Below are positions 1 to 9,931 of a DNA stretch of 64,000 nucleotides, piece by piece. Numbering within the stretch: position 1 is the first letter of the stretch; each line of letters starts with the position of its first letter. Below the pieces are notes generated by a model, which did no database searches, was not told where the DNA came from, and worked only from the letters and a program-made list of their open reading frames with translations. Source of the stretch: a virus. Lineage: Duplodnaviria; Heunggongvirae; Uroviricota; Caudoviricetes. The position numbers and the translations under genes were made by a program. Location of the stretch: positions 66,682-130,681 of the IMG/VR virus record IMGVR_UViG_3300044295_000252; one strand, 5' to 3'.

Positions 1-2
1 AC

Positions 3-107
3 TTCAAACATCTTCGCAAGACAGCACATACACACAACCCAGTGGATGATGCTCGTGGTAATGCCGAGGCCATGTTGGCTCTAGGCACAATGGGTCTACG
101 TATCTAA
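3..107 (+). CDS. 3' end of an upstream gene (C-terminal fragment ...[15 protein letters not shown]); function unknown
   Basis: Open frame runs from the window edge to TAA at 105-107. No start inside the window. Confidence 0.3.
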   Translation, partial: FKHLRKTAHTHNPVDDARGNAEAMLALGTMGLRI

Positions 108-126
108 AGGAGAGTTTGGCAACATT

Positions 127-342
127 ATGGCAAAAGAAGAAGCCCTTAAGTTCACTGGCGAAATAGTAGAAACCTTACCCAACGCCATGTGGCGAGTAAA
201 ACTAACCAATGGTCCAGTAGTTTTGGCCTATTTGGGCGGTAAGTTACGTAAGTTTGACATCAATATTGGGCTAGGCGACCAAGTTGATCTTGAGTTCAGC
301 CCATACGATTTAACTAAGGGGCGAATCGTATATCGTAACTAA
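127..342 (+). CDS. infA: Translation initiation factor IF-1 (S1-like OB fold)
   Basis: 71 aa, [26 protein letters not shown]....GD.V..E.SPYDL.KGRIV.R. Aligns residue-for-residue with bacterial IF-1. AAGGAGAG SD 8 nt upstream. Confidence 0.9.
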   Translation: MAKEEALKFTGEIVETLPNAMWRVKLTNGPVVLAYLGGKLRKFDINIGLGDQVDLEFSPYDLTKGRIVYRN

Positions 343-393
343 ATACTAAACTATGTGGCGCATAATTGATTGGTCAAAAGTGGAGGCAAGATT

Positions 394-594
394 ATGATTA
401 CGTCAGCACATGCCAAAGATAATGGTGCATATAAAGAGTATCAACAGCAACATCATACACAACAGGTATATGAACCAGCTGCATTTGATCCCAGTGATGG
501 CGAATTGACCAATCCGGAGATCTGTGCGTATGCCTTAGTTGCGGTATTTGCGTTAGTAATAGTATGGCGCTTATTTAAAGGAGACAAATCATGA
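394..594 (+). CDS. small hydrophobic/membrane protein
   Basis: GTGGAGG SD before ATG at 394 (the track ORF starts earlier at 370). C-terminal hydrophobic helix AYALVAVFALVIVWRLF. Confidence 0.4.
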   Translation: MITSAHAKDNGAYKEYQQQHHTQQVYEPAAFDPSDGELTNPEICAYALVAVFALVIVWRLFKGDKS

Positions 595-872
595 ACCGTC
601 TTGCAATTTTGGCACTGTTGATGTTTAGTAGCACCGCATTTGCACATGGTTACGGCCACGGCCATCATGGTCCACACTATAATTGGGTGGCACCAGTTAT
701 AATTGGCAGTGCCATAGGATATGGTATAGGTCGGTATTACAATCCGCCAGTAGTGGTGCAACAATCCCCCGTTTATGTAGAGACACAGCCCACCTATAAC
801 TGTACAGAGTGGCACGAAGTAATACAGCCGGATGGCAGAATCACTAGGGAAAGGACCTGTTATCAAAGATAA
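591..872 (+). CDS. secreted small protein with signal peptide, Gly/His/Tyr-rich N-terminus and Cys pair
   Basis: N-terminal MNRLAILALLMFSSTAFA signal-like sequence. ATGA overlap with the upstream ORF. Confidence 0.5.
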   Translation: MNRLAILALLMFSSTAFAHGYGHGHHGPHYNWVAPVIIGSAIGYGIGRYYNPPVVVQQSPVYVETQPTYNCTEWHEVIQPDGRITRERTCYQR

Positions 873-885
873 CTTGTAATATAGT

Positions 886-1287
886 ATGATGGAATGTGGA
901 ATTACCGAAGATCATTTTGAAAACAAACGCGATGCTATTACAGAAACGATTATACACAATTTTATAAAATTCGCGTATAAAAAACTACATATTCACGATC
1001 CGCATCCCAAAATCATATTCAGTTACGATCTTCCTACTACAAAACAGTTACACAGAACTGGCAGCTATGATCGTCATACTAATACCATTACAGTATATGC
1101 TAAAAATCGTAACCTAGTTGATATACTACGCACATTATGTCACGAAATAGCACATAAACGGCAAGCAGAAGAGGGCAGAATACATCAAAAAAGCCCTCCC
1201 GGCAGCAAATTAGAACGAGAAGCAGACGAAATAGCAGGATATCTAATTAAATTATACGCTGCAAAGCATAGAGAAATCTTTCAGTAA
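886..1287 (+). CDS. small HExxH-motif protein (putative zinc metallopeptidase-like)
   Basis: HEIAH motif at aa 86-90. 133 aa. Followed by an intrinsic terminator. Confidence 0.45.
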   Translation: MMECGITEDHFENKRDAITETIIHNFIKFAYKKLHIHDPHPKIIFSYDLPTTKQLHRTGSYDRHTNTITVYAKNRNLVDILRTLCHEIAHKRQAEEGRIHQKSPPGSKLEREADEIAGYLIKLYAAKHREIFQ

Positions 1288-1289
1288 AA

Positions 1290-1320
1290 GACCACGGTTC
1301 AACGCCGTGGTCGTTTTTTG
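1290..1320 (+). terminator. rho-independent terminator (GACCACGG..CCGTGGTC stem + TTTTTT)
   Basis: 8-bp perfect stem and a U-run directly after the stop codon at 1285-1287. Confidence 0.75.
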
Positions 1321-1349
1321 GCTAAATACCATTATTAGGGTTTTTAGCC

Positions 1350-3773
1350 ATGAGTATAAATTTAGTTAATGTTGGCGCAGCAGCCAATGACGGCACTGGC
1401 GACAATTTACGTGCCGCTTTTACCAGAGTCAATGAGAATTTTGCCAACGTTATTCTGGCTAATACCAACGCGATTTTTACCCAAGTTGCGATAACTGCAA
1501 CTACTCCCAGTATAAATCAAACAACAGGTGCAGTAACTATAGCAGGTGGTTTGGGTGTAGCTGGCAACATTTTCGCTGCTAATATAAACGTAACCGGAAC
1601 CGCTATAGTAGCTGGTACTAATTTAGCTGATTTAATCAGCACGGTTGGCGCATTCAGTGCAAACTATGTCAGTGTGCTTAATAAAACAGATTTGGTTAGT
1701 AATGCGGTAAGTGTAGTATCAGTTGCCGCGGCCTCGATTGAGACCCATGTAAACGCTGTAAGCCAAGCATTATCTAATGAAATCAGTAACAGAAGATCAG
1801 CTAGTTCGGATCTAGAAACTCACATCGATGCAGTAAGTAATGCTGTATCAGTAATAAGCAATGCAGTTTCAGTGGTGTCTGTAGCCGCAGCAAATGCTAT
1901 AAGTATTGCAAACGCAGCTAGTAACGCAGTTTCTGTGGAAATTGGCAATAGACAAAGTGCCAGCGCAGCTCTTGAAACACACGTTAATGCAGTAAGCAAT
2001 GCGGTATCCGTTGTAAGTAATGCAGTTTCAGTAGTAAGTGCTGCTCAGTTAAGTACATGGAATGCGGTTAGCAATGAAATATCAGTGAGAGCAGCAGCCA
2101 GTGCCGCGCTAGAAACACACGTTAATACTGTAAGTAATGCGGTATCTGTAGAAACAGCTAATAGAATAAGTGCTGATAATGCGGTTAGCGCAGCAGCTCA
2201 AAGCGCAATTAATACGGTTAGTAATGCAGTATCCGTAGAAACAGCCAATAGAATCAGTGCTGATAATGCAGTTAGTGCAGCAGCTCAAAGTGCAATTAAT
2301 ACGGTTAGTAATGCAGTTTCGATAGTTAGTGCTGCTCAGTTAAGTACTTGGAATGCGGTTAGCAACGAAATATCCGCACGAGCAGCAGCCAGTGCGGCTT
2401 TAGAAACTCATATTAACACAGTAAGTGCAGCAGTAAACACCGTAAGCAATACAGTTTCAAATGAGATCAGTGTAAGAGCAGCAGCCAGTGCAGCATTAGA
2501 AACTCATATCAACACAGTAAGTGCCGCAATTAATACGGTTAGCAATTCACTAAGTGTGGAGACTGCCAACCGAACAAGTGCAGATAGTTACTTAAGCAAC
2601 AGAATTGATACTATTATAGTTGGCGGTGGCGTTAGTGTGACCAGTGCTAAACTTAATACTGCCAGTGTAGCTTTGCAAAGTGCAATTAACACAGTAAGTG
2701 CAGGTCTTGTTAATGAAACCAGTAACAGGTTATCAGCTATAAACATCGTAAGTAATGCAGTGTCAATTGTGTCAGTGGCAGCGGCAAATGCAACCAGTAT
2801 TGCAAATGCGGCAAGTAATGCGGTATCAGTGGAAATTGCTAATCGCATCAGCGCAGATAACGCAGTAAGCGCCGCAGCACAATCAGCAATCAATACTGTA
2901 AGCAATGCAGTATCTATTGTATCAGTAGCAGCAGCAAATGCAACCAGTATTGCAAATGCCGCCAGTAATGCAGTATCAGTAGAAATTGCTAACAGACAAT
3001 CAGCTAGTGCCGCACTGGAAACTCATATCAATACGATTAGCAATGCGGTATCGATAGTTAGTGCAGCAGCAGCTTCGGTAGAAACTCATACCAATACTGT
3101 GAGTAATGCAGTTTCAATAGTTAGTGCCGCACAACTCAGTACTTGGAACGCGGTAAGTAATGAGATTTCTGCAAGAGCAGCAGCTAGTGCAGCATTAGAA
3201 GCACATATCAATACAGTAAGTGCATCAGCCGGAAATTTAAGTGGCAACGTATCCATAGGTGGTGCATTAACTGTAAATTCTGGCAACAGTTTGGGAAATG
3301 TTACTGCAATACTAAATGGTGGCACAAGTGGTGTAGGAAATATAGGCTCCAGTAGTAAAACCTTCAATACTGTATTTGCTGTAGCAACTACTGCTCAATA
3401 TGCTGACCTAGCTGAAAATTACCTTGCCGATTCGGCCTACGAGGTTGGTACTGTATTAGATTTTGGTGGTGATTATGAAGTAACATTATCTAATACTGCA
3501 ATGAGCAAACGTATCGCTGGTGTAGTTAGTAACAAACCTGCGTATCTTATGAATCAAGGTTTAAATGGTGGCAATGTTGTTACAGTGGCCTTAATGGGCA
3601 GAGTTCCATGTAAAGTACGAGGTTGTGTGGCCAAAGGTGATCTATTAGTTAGTGATGGCACTGGCTATGCTGTGGTCAATAATGAGCCTGTGATTGGCAG
3701 TGTAATAGGTAAATCATTAGCTGACTCTAATAACGAAACTAATGTTATAGAAGTTGTAGTGGGTGTAAGATAG
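1350..3773 (+). CDS. Tail fibre / long fibre protein with low-complexity Ser/Ala/Asn/Val repeat shaft
   Basis: 807 aa. Conserved fibre-like N-terminus (MSINLVNVGAAANDGTGDNLRAAF..). The ~500-aa shaft is built from degenerate ~29-aa repeats (VSNAVSV..ETHINTVS). Globular C-terminal domain. Confidence 0.75.
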   Translation: MSINLVNVGAAANDGTGDNLRAAFTRVNENFANVILANTNAIFTQVAITATTPSINQTTGAVTIAGGLGVAGNIFAANINVTGTAIVAGTNLADLISTVGAFSANYVSVLNKTDLVSNAVSVVSVAAASIETHVNAVSQALSNEISNRRSASSDLETHIDAVSNAVSVISNAVSVVSVAAANAISIANAASNAVSVEIGNRQSASAALETHVNAVSNAVSVVSNAVSVVSAAQLSTWNAVSNEISVRAAASAALETHVNTVSNAVSVETANRISADNAVSAAAQSAINTVSNAVSVETANRISADNAVSAAAQSAINTVSNAVSIVSAAQLSTWNAVSNEISARAAASAALETHINTVSAAVNTVSNTVSNEISVRAAASAALETHINTVSAAINTVSNSLSVETANRTSADSYLSNRIDTIIVGGGVSVTSAKLNTASVALQSAINTVSAGLVNETSNRLSAINIVSNAVSIVSVAAANATSIANAASNAVSVEIANRISADNAVSAAAQSAINTVSNAVSIVSVAAANATSIANAASNAVSVEIANRQSASAALETHINTISNAVSIVSAAAASVETHTNTVSNAVSIVSAAQLSTWNAVSNEISARAAASAALEAHINTVSASAGNLSGNVSIGGALTVNSGNSLGNVTAILNGGTSGVGNIGSSSKTFNTVFAVATTAQYADLAENYLADSAYEVGTVLDFGGDYEVTLSNTAMSKRIAGVVSNKPAYLMNQGLNGGNVVTVALMGRVPCKVRGCVAKGDLLVSDGTGYAVVNNEPVIGSVIGKSLADSNNETNVIEVVVGVR
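2131..2304 (+). repeat. near-identical 87-bp tandem duplication (x2) inside the fibre gene; part of a larger degenerate repeat field ~1690-3230
   Basis: Unit gtaagtaatgcggtatctgtagaaacagctaatagaataagtgctgataatgcggttagcgcagcagctcaaagcgcaattaatacg is repeated with only a few synonymous changes. Further diverged copies sit at ~2770-3000. Confidence 0.8.
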
Positions 3774-3803
3774 CAAATAAATACAGTATATTTGGAATAA
3801 CAT

Positions 3804-6257
3804 ATGACATATTCGGTAGCCTCAACAATTCTGCGTGACGATTACAATATTTTTGCTACAGGAGCCGCAAATGGCTCGGCTACCAATAGTGGCAATGTAA
3901 ACAATCTATGGGGTACTGGTAACAGTCAGTATGGTTGGGGGCAAAGCACTACTATAAGTGCAGTTAGTGCAGGTAATACAATAACCGCTGCTCAATGGAG
4001 CACACTATCCAGTAGAATTAACAGTATTCGCAGCCATCAAACCGGAACTGGAGTAACCTTTACTAATACAACTGGTGGTGCTACCAGTAATTTCACAGCA
4101 GGGCAAGTTGTTTATCATGTTAGTAATTTGAGTAGCGCATTAAGCACCGCTTATACCGCAGCCAATACCGCTAGTGCTACAACTGGCAGCATGGCCTGTT
4201 ACTCAACTGCACAACAGGGTTCAACAACTACATCTAGTGCATATTTGGATAATATGCAACCCACCGAACTATACATGAGTTTTACCTGGACCAGTGCTGC
4301 CGCTATGCGTTATTTTTTCAACTCTGGTGGTTATTTGGAATTTGCCTTCAACGTATTAAACGCAGGCGGATCCAGTAAGAATGCAAGCTGGGCAAATTTA
4401 GCACAGGATTTAGGAACTATAAGATTTGGTGGTCTTGCTACCGCATATACAGGATATAGTGGTACTTGGAATACCAACACTAGTTATGGTCTAAATAACG
4501 TTCCTACAACAGAAACACTGTGGTGGAAAAAATATAATGATACCGGTGTAGCTGATTATAACAACAACTATATTCAATGTACTGTATATAACAGTGGTGC
4601 TACCATTTATTTCCACGTAACTGCCGTGGATGTAGCGGCAGATGATGGCACCGCTGCTGATTACATTTACAGCAATCTTGACTGGACCGGCAAAGTTTAT
4701 GAAGCTGGACAAACTTATATCACAAAGACCTGGGGCACTGTTTCTACAAGTACGTTCCCGGCATTTACTTCGGTTACAAATAGTTTAAGATTTAGGGGAT
4801 CTGCTTCTGCTTATTTGAGCAGAACTAATGGAACACCTAGCAGTACTAAAATTTTTACTTTAAGTTTTTGGTTAAAGCGTGGGAATTTGGGAACGCGTCA
4901 ATCTTTATATACCGAAGCAGTTGTACCAACCAACAACGGCATATTAATGTACCTAACTACTTCTGATACCTTACAGTGTCAAGTCAATGTTAACGGCACT
5001 GCTTATGTGACGCAAACAAGCGCCGTTTTACGTGATCCATCTGCTTGGTATCATATAGTTTATACTCTTGATACAACTCAAACTTCGGCCACCGATAGAG
5101 TAGTTTGGTATATAAATGGCAAGGTTGCCTCACTAAAAACACTTCAATATCCTAGCCAAAATGATGATCCTAAGGTAAACGCATCTGGATATACTACTTG
5201 GATTGGAATCTATAATGACGTAGCCTCATATCTTCTTGATGGTTATCTATCAGAAGTATATATGATTGACGGACAAGCTCTGGGTCCAAATGAATTTGCT
5301 GCGATTGACTCACATGGTGTTTACAGTCCAATTAGCTATACTGGTACCTATGGTAACAATGGCTTTTATTTAAATTTTGCAGATAATTCGGCACTAACTA
5401 CCTCCTCCAATGCAGGACTAGGCAAAGATACTTCGGGCAAGGGAAATTATTGGACTACAAATAATATTTCCATCACTTCGGGCATAACATATGATAGCAT
5501 GATTGATGTTCCAGTAAATGCTGCAAGTGGAACGCGACCCAGTGGGAACTATGCGGTTTTGAATAGTGCTTATTCTAGTTACTATGGAAATCCTTCATCT
5601 GGTTCACCTAATAATGTAGAAGGAAATTTAGGAACTTATTATAAAAGGACAGTTTCAACCATAGCCTTACCTCCAATAACCGCAGGTTCAACTAAAAAAA
5701 TATATTGGGAAATTAGAAGTGCTCAAAACGAAACGCATTCAAATGGTTATAGTTCAACTGCATATCCTAGATTTGGAATTGTTGCATTAGAACAAGGGGG
5801 TGCGAATGGCAGTGAAGGTGCTGGTTTTAATTTGTATTCATATTGGGATGCTCCTCCTGCAGCAGGCAATAATGTTGTATACCAAGTATTTGGTGGGTCA
5901 CAGACAGTTCTTAGTGGGCAAACATATTATGTGGATGGCGATATCATTATGTTTGCGTATGATGCAGCAACCGGAAAATTATGGCATGGTCGCAATGGTG
6001 TTTGGTACAATTCTGGTGATCCGGTGACAGGAACTAATCCGGCTGCTACACTATCTTCGTCATATACCTACGCGCCATATATTGAGGGTACAGCTTATAA
6101 TAATGCGTCATTGGTTACTAGAATTAATTTTGGTCAACTGCCGTTTAGAGGACCATTGGTTTCTGGCTCCGGAACTACCTATACCGGTACAGGTGCCGCG
6201 CCCACCGGATACGTCGCGCTCTGTATTCCAAACTTAACAGCACCAACAATAGGATAA
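3804..6257 (+). CDS. Structural / receptor-binding protein with concanavalin-A-like (LamG_3) lectin domain
   Basis: 817 aa. Motifs LRFRGSASAYLSRT, FTLSFWLKRG, DPSAWYHIVYTLD and VWYINGK are typical of the LamG/ConA-like jelly roll. Paralogous to the next gene. Confidence 0.7.
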   Translation: MTYSVASTILRDDYNIFATGAANGSATNSGNVNNLWGTGNSQYGWGQSTTISAVSAGNTITAAQWSTLSSRINSIRSHQTGTGVTFTNTTGGATSNFTAGQVVYHVSNLSSALSTAYTAANTASATTGSMACYSTAQQGSTTTSSAYLDNMQPTELYMSFTWTSAAAMRYFFNSGGYLEFAFNVLNAGGSSKNASWANLAQDLGTIRFGGLATAYTGYSGTWNTNTSYGLNNVPTTETLWWKKYNDTGVADYNNNYIQCTVYNSGATIYFHVTAVDVAADDGTAADYIYSNLDWTGKVYEAGQTYITKTWGTVSTSTFPAFTSVTNSLRFRGSASAYLSRTNGTPSSTKIFTLSFWLKRGNLGTRQSLYTEAVVPTNNGILMYLTTSDTLQCQVNVNGTAYVTQTSAVLRDPSAWYHIVYTLDTTQTSATDRVVWYINGKVASLKTLQYPSQNDDPKVNASGYTTWIGIYNDVASYLLDGYLSEVYMIDGQALGPNEFAAIDSHGVYSPISYTGTYGNNGFYLNFADNSALTTSSNAGLGKDTSGKGNYWTTNNISITSGITYDSMIDVPVNAASGTRPSGNYAVLNSAYSSYYGNPSSGSPNNVEGNLGTYYKRTVSTIALPPITAGSTKKIYWEIRSAQNETHSNGYSSTAYPRFGIVALEQGGANGSEGAGFNLYSYWDAPPAAGNNVVYQVFGGSQTVLSGQTYYVDGDIIMFAYDAATGKLWHGRNGVWYNSGDPVTGTNPAATLSSSYTYAPYIEGTAYNNASLVTRINFGQLPFRGPLVSGSGTTYTGTGAAPTGYVALCIPNLTAPTIG

Positions 6258-6264
6258 TTTAGCA

Positions 6265-8751
6265 ATGGCATTAGCAAATACATATTTTAACACTGGAACC
6301 TATACCGCGAATGGATACTATCAGCGTATTGGTATACCAACCAAACGTGCGGCATATAATTTACAAGCGTCAAGATCACTGAGATTTCGGGCGAGTGCGT
6401 CTGCGTATTTGAATAGGACTTTTGGGACACCAACTAACGCAAATAAATGGACGTGGAGTGGCTGGGTAAAACGAGGCGTTTTTGGGTTTCAGTCATTATT
6501 TGGGGCAAACGATTTTAACGGGGGTGCGAATACTTCTACTCATCTTTTTTGGATGGGCAGTTCCTCAAGCGAAGTATTTACATTTCAATGGTATAACGGC
6601 GGGTATGTTTCAAGCGTAGCAACAGCAGCGGTTTATCGTGACCCGTCTGCTTGGTATCACCTAGTTTGTGCTTATGATTCAACACAAGCAACGGCAGCAA
6701 ATCGTGTCATTTTGTATGTAAATGGTGTGCAACAAAGTGTTACGTCTTATTCCGGCGGTGCTGCAACATATCCTAGTCAAAATACATCTAGTTTTATTGA
6801 TACCGCAACCGGCCATAGAATTGGTGGGTATTCTAATGGTTATTTCGACGGCTATCTCACCGAGATCAACTTCATTGACGGTCAAGCCCTAACTCCATCA
6901 TCATTTGGTGAATATAATTCTGATAATATTTGGGTACCAAAAACATTTTCTGGTACTTATGGTAATAATGGATTTTATCTTCCATTTAGTGACAATTCAG
7001 CATTAACAACTGCTTCAAATGCAGGACTAGGCAAAGATTTCTCAGGCAATGCAAATTATTGGGTCACAAATAACATTTCTATTACTTCGGGCAGTACATA
7101 TGACAGCATGATTGACGCACCAACTGATGCGGCAAGTGCTACTCAACCTGCTGGTAATTATGCAACTATAAATCCTATTAATTATTTAGGTATACCAGCT
7201 ACCGCAGCTAACACAGTTGTAGATGGCAACCTTAATGCTACAATGGTAGTAGGTACATATTATAACGTTTGTGCTTCTTCTATCGCTCTTCCAAGATCAG
7301 GCAAATATTATTTTGAGGTCAAGTATGCCTCAGGAGGAACAAATGGTGCTTCAGTTGGAGTATTTTCTAATTCTTATGCAGGTACGATAGCCGGAGCAGG
7401 TTGTTTTGGTGTAGATTGGAACGCTAGTGCTCAATATGTTATGCATAATGGTACAAATAGCAGCAGTGCGGATGCTAATTGTCCAAGTGCTAGCGGTCAA
7501 ACCATAGCGGTAGCAGTGGACATGACCGCAGGTCTAATATGGATAGGTTCTGATAGGGCATCGTCTGGAACTATTGCTTGGATGAACAGTGGTGCGCCGG
7601 GATCAGGCACCGGAGCACTAATTTCTATTTCGGGCGGTGGCGGACTTTATGCAGATTGGACCCTAGGTACTAGCGATTGGTATTTTGCATTTACTGGTGC
7701 TTATAGTGGTGGGCAAGTTATGCAAGCAAATTTTGGTCAAAGACCGTTCCTTAATACACCACCAACTGGTTTTTCAGCACTATGTACAGCAAACATCACT
7801 GCCCCGCCCGATGCTTCAAAATGGTTTAATGGAGCAGCACCAGATTTATTATGGATCAAGGATCGTACATCAACATATGGTCATGCAATAGTTGATAGTG
7901 TACGTGGGTTTGAAATGACTTTAAAATCTAATGCTTCTGATGCTGAAGTCAGCATTCCAGATGTATCGGATGTTAATAAATTTGGTATGACCGTAATTGG
8001 TGATACCAATTATCGAGTTAATAAATCCACTGACAAATATGTATATTGGGCTTGGAAAGGCGGCGGCACAGCAGTAACAAATAATGACGGAAACAGAACT
8101 GCATCAGTCAGCGCAAGCACAACTGCTGGTTTTAGCGTTGTAACTTACACATTTTCTACTTCTGCAACAAACACAATTGGGCACGGTCTTGGTGTTGCGC
8201 CATCCATGATTCTGATGAGAAACAGAACTCAAGCATACAACTGGGATGTTTACCATGTTTCGGTGGGGTATACGCAACGACTTATTTTGAACAGCACTAG
8301 TGCAGCAACCTCGGGTTATTGGGCTGCAACACCAACAAACACAGTATTTTCTGTAAGTGCTAGTGATGCTTTAGACAACGATAATATGGTCGCCTATTGC
8401 TTCGCCCCCATAGCCGGATATAGCGCATTTGGCAGTTACACCGGCAACGGCAGCGCAGATGGCCCGTTTGTGTATTGTGGTTTTATACCGCGTTGGATTT
8501 TAATTAAAAGAACAGACTCTACTGCTAATTGGTATTTGTATGACACATCAAGAGCACCATACAACACGACTAATGCATGGCTACAGCCAAACACAACTTC
8601 CGCTGAAAACTCAGCAACCACGTGGGAATTTGATTTGCTTTCCAGTGGATTTAAAGTTCGCAACAACGGTGCTTTTTCAAACGCATCAAGCGGAACTTAC
8701 ATTTACGCCGCATTTGCCGAAACCCCGTTTAACTACAGTCGCGCACGTTGA
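6265..8751 (+). CDS. Paralogous structural / receptor-binding protein with LamG-like domain
   Basis: 828 aa. Shares a ~250-aa block with 3804..6257 (LRFRASASAYLNRT..DPSAWYHLV..YGNNGFYLPFSDNSALTTASNAGLGKD..NYW.TNNISITSG.TYDSMID). Confidence 0.7.
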   Translation: MALANTYFNTGTYTANGYYQRIGIPTKRAAYNLQASRSLRFRASASAYLNRTFGTPTNANKWTWSGWVKRGVFGFQSLFGANDFNGGANTSTHLFWMGSSSSEVFTFQWYNGGYVSSVATAAVYRDPSAWYHLVCAYDSTQATAANRVILYVNGVQQSVTSYSGGAATYPSQNTSSFIDTATGHRIGGYSNGYFDGYLTEINFIDGQALTPSSFGEYNSDNIWVPKTFSGTYGNNGFYLPFSDNSALTTASNAGLGKDFSGNANYWVTNNISITSGSTYDSMIDAPTDAASATQPAGNYATINPINYLGIPATAANTVVDGNLNATMVVGTYYNVCASSIALPRSGKYYFEVKYASGGTNGASVGVFSNSYAGTIAGAGCFGVDWNASAQYVMHNGTNSSSADANCPSASGQTIAVAVDMTAGLIWIGSDRASSGTIAWMNSGAPGSGTGALISISGGGGLYADWTLGTSDWYFAFTGAYSGGQVMQANFGQRPFLNTPPTGFSALCTANITAPPDASKWFNGAAPDLLWIKDRTSTYGHAIVDSVRGFEMTLKSNASDAEVSIPDVSDVNKFGMTVIGDTNYRVNKSTDKYVYWAWKGGGTAVTNNDGNRTASVSASTTAGFSVVTYTFSTSATNTIGHGLGVAPSMILMRNRTQAYNWDVYHVSVGYTQRLILNSTSAATSGYWAATPTNTVFSVSASDALDNDNMVAYCFAPIAGYSAFGSYTGNGSADGPFVYCGFIPRWILIKRTDSTANWYLYDTSRAPYNTTNAWLQPNTTSAENSATTWEFDLLSSGFKVRNNGAFSNASSGTYIYAAFAETPFNYSRAR

Positions 8752-8792
8752 TAAATTTGACGCGGTATCAGTAATCGTGCTAAATTATTAGC

Positions 8793-9113
8793 ATGCGCGA
8801 TGAAGACTTAATTAAACTATCCAAACTACGGATTGATCAACAAGCCAGTAAACTGGCACTGGCCGAACGTGTTGAGCAGCAATTGTTGGTCACTCATAAT
8901 GGTGGTCTATTCAAAGCTACAACAGAATTGATCACTTTCCTCACCATTTGGACCGATCCCGTTTTATATTTGCGTGATAGCTACAATAATCCCATACGTG
9001 TTGATAGAGAACAATTGCTGATGGAATGCAAAGCCGCATATTGCGCAGCTATGAACGACTGGTATTGTGAATATGAACAAATTAAAAGTCAGCGACGACT
9101 TGGAGATCAGTAA
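8793..9113 (+). CDS. hypothetical protein
   Basis: 106-aa ORF with ATGA-type coupling to the next gene. Confidence 0.45.
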   Translation: MRDEDLIKLSKLRIDQQASKLALAERVEQQLLVTHNGGLFKATTELITFLTIWTDPVLYLRDSYNNPIRVDREQLLMECKAAYCAAMNDWYCEYEQIKSQRRLGDQ

Positions 9114-9931
9114 TGCCAACGCAGGGTGTGATTCTACATGCATTTGGCGCTGGAAGATTTGATTATTACGCCCTAGCAGATACCTGCGCACGTTTGGTGA
9201 CTAAATTTTTGTCACTGCCCATTACATTGGTAACTGACCGTGATACTCAAAACAGTCTTTATGATCGTGTTATAGTTTGTGACAGCCAGTCCAATTACCA
9301 ACGTTGGTTACGTAATAACGACGGCAACACTCAACAAACGATTAACTATACTTATCGTAATGATACTAGATCTCGCAGCCTTGAGTTCAGTCCTTACGAT
9401 CGTACAATACTGTTAGACTCTGATTATTTGGTATTGAACAGTCAATTGCTGAAATATCTACAGGTTGATGCAGCTTTGCAATGTCCATGGCGTGCTTACG
9501 ATGTCACCAACCGCAACAGTTATACTGGTTTTGCTAGGATCAAAAATACTATTGCACAGGCCTGGGCTACTGTTGTGATATTTGATAAAAGCTCAGCAGC
9601 TAAATCTATCTTTGCGCATTGGCGTATGATACAGGACAATTACGAATATTATCGCGAACTGTTGGGAACTAGGGAACATTTTAGAAATGACTATGCCCTT
9701 AGTCTAGCAGCCTACACTATGACGGGCTGCGCGCCCATTACTGAACAATTACCGCCCATGCACATGTTACCCGGTGACAGTTATATTGAAACAATTAGGC
9801 CTGACGGCACTGTCATTATCAACTGTGACGACAAGATCATAAAGTTGAGCAGGACCAATTTACATGTCATGAATAAATTGTGTTTACAAACACCCTGTAT
9901 TCTAGAGGACATCGATGCCATCACAGCGTAA
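9113..9931 (+). CDS. hypothetical protein, paralogue A (possible nucleotide-sugar transferase-like)
   Basis: 272 aa. N-terminal pattern (F.A..DY.AL....A..I......P..LV.D) is shared with the next ORF. No catalytic motif identified. Confidence 0.5.
   Translation: MPTQGVILHAFGAGRFDYYALADTCARLVTKFLSLPITLVTDRDTQNSLYDRVIVCDSQSNYQRWLRNNDGNTQQTINYTYRNDTRSRSLEFSPYDRTILLDSDYLVLNSQLLKYLQVDAALQCPWRAYDVTNRNSYTGFARIKNTIAQAWATVVIFDKSSAAKSIFAHWRMIQDNYEYYRELLGTREHFRNDYALSLAAYTMTGCAPITEQLPPMHMLPGDSYIETIRPDGTVIINCDDKIIKLSRTNLHVMNKLCLQTPCILEDIDAITA

Noticed and set aside
2588-3367. - strand ORFs 2588..2905 and 3086..3367 inside the fibre gene
   Set aside because: These are antisense frames kept open by the low-complexity, GC-skewed repeat sequence of the fibre shaft. 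They have no start context and are fully embedded in a strongly supported gene.
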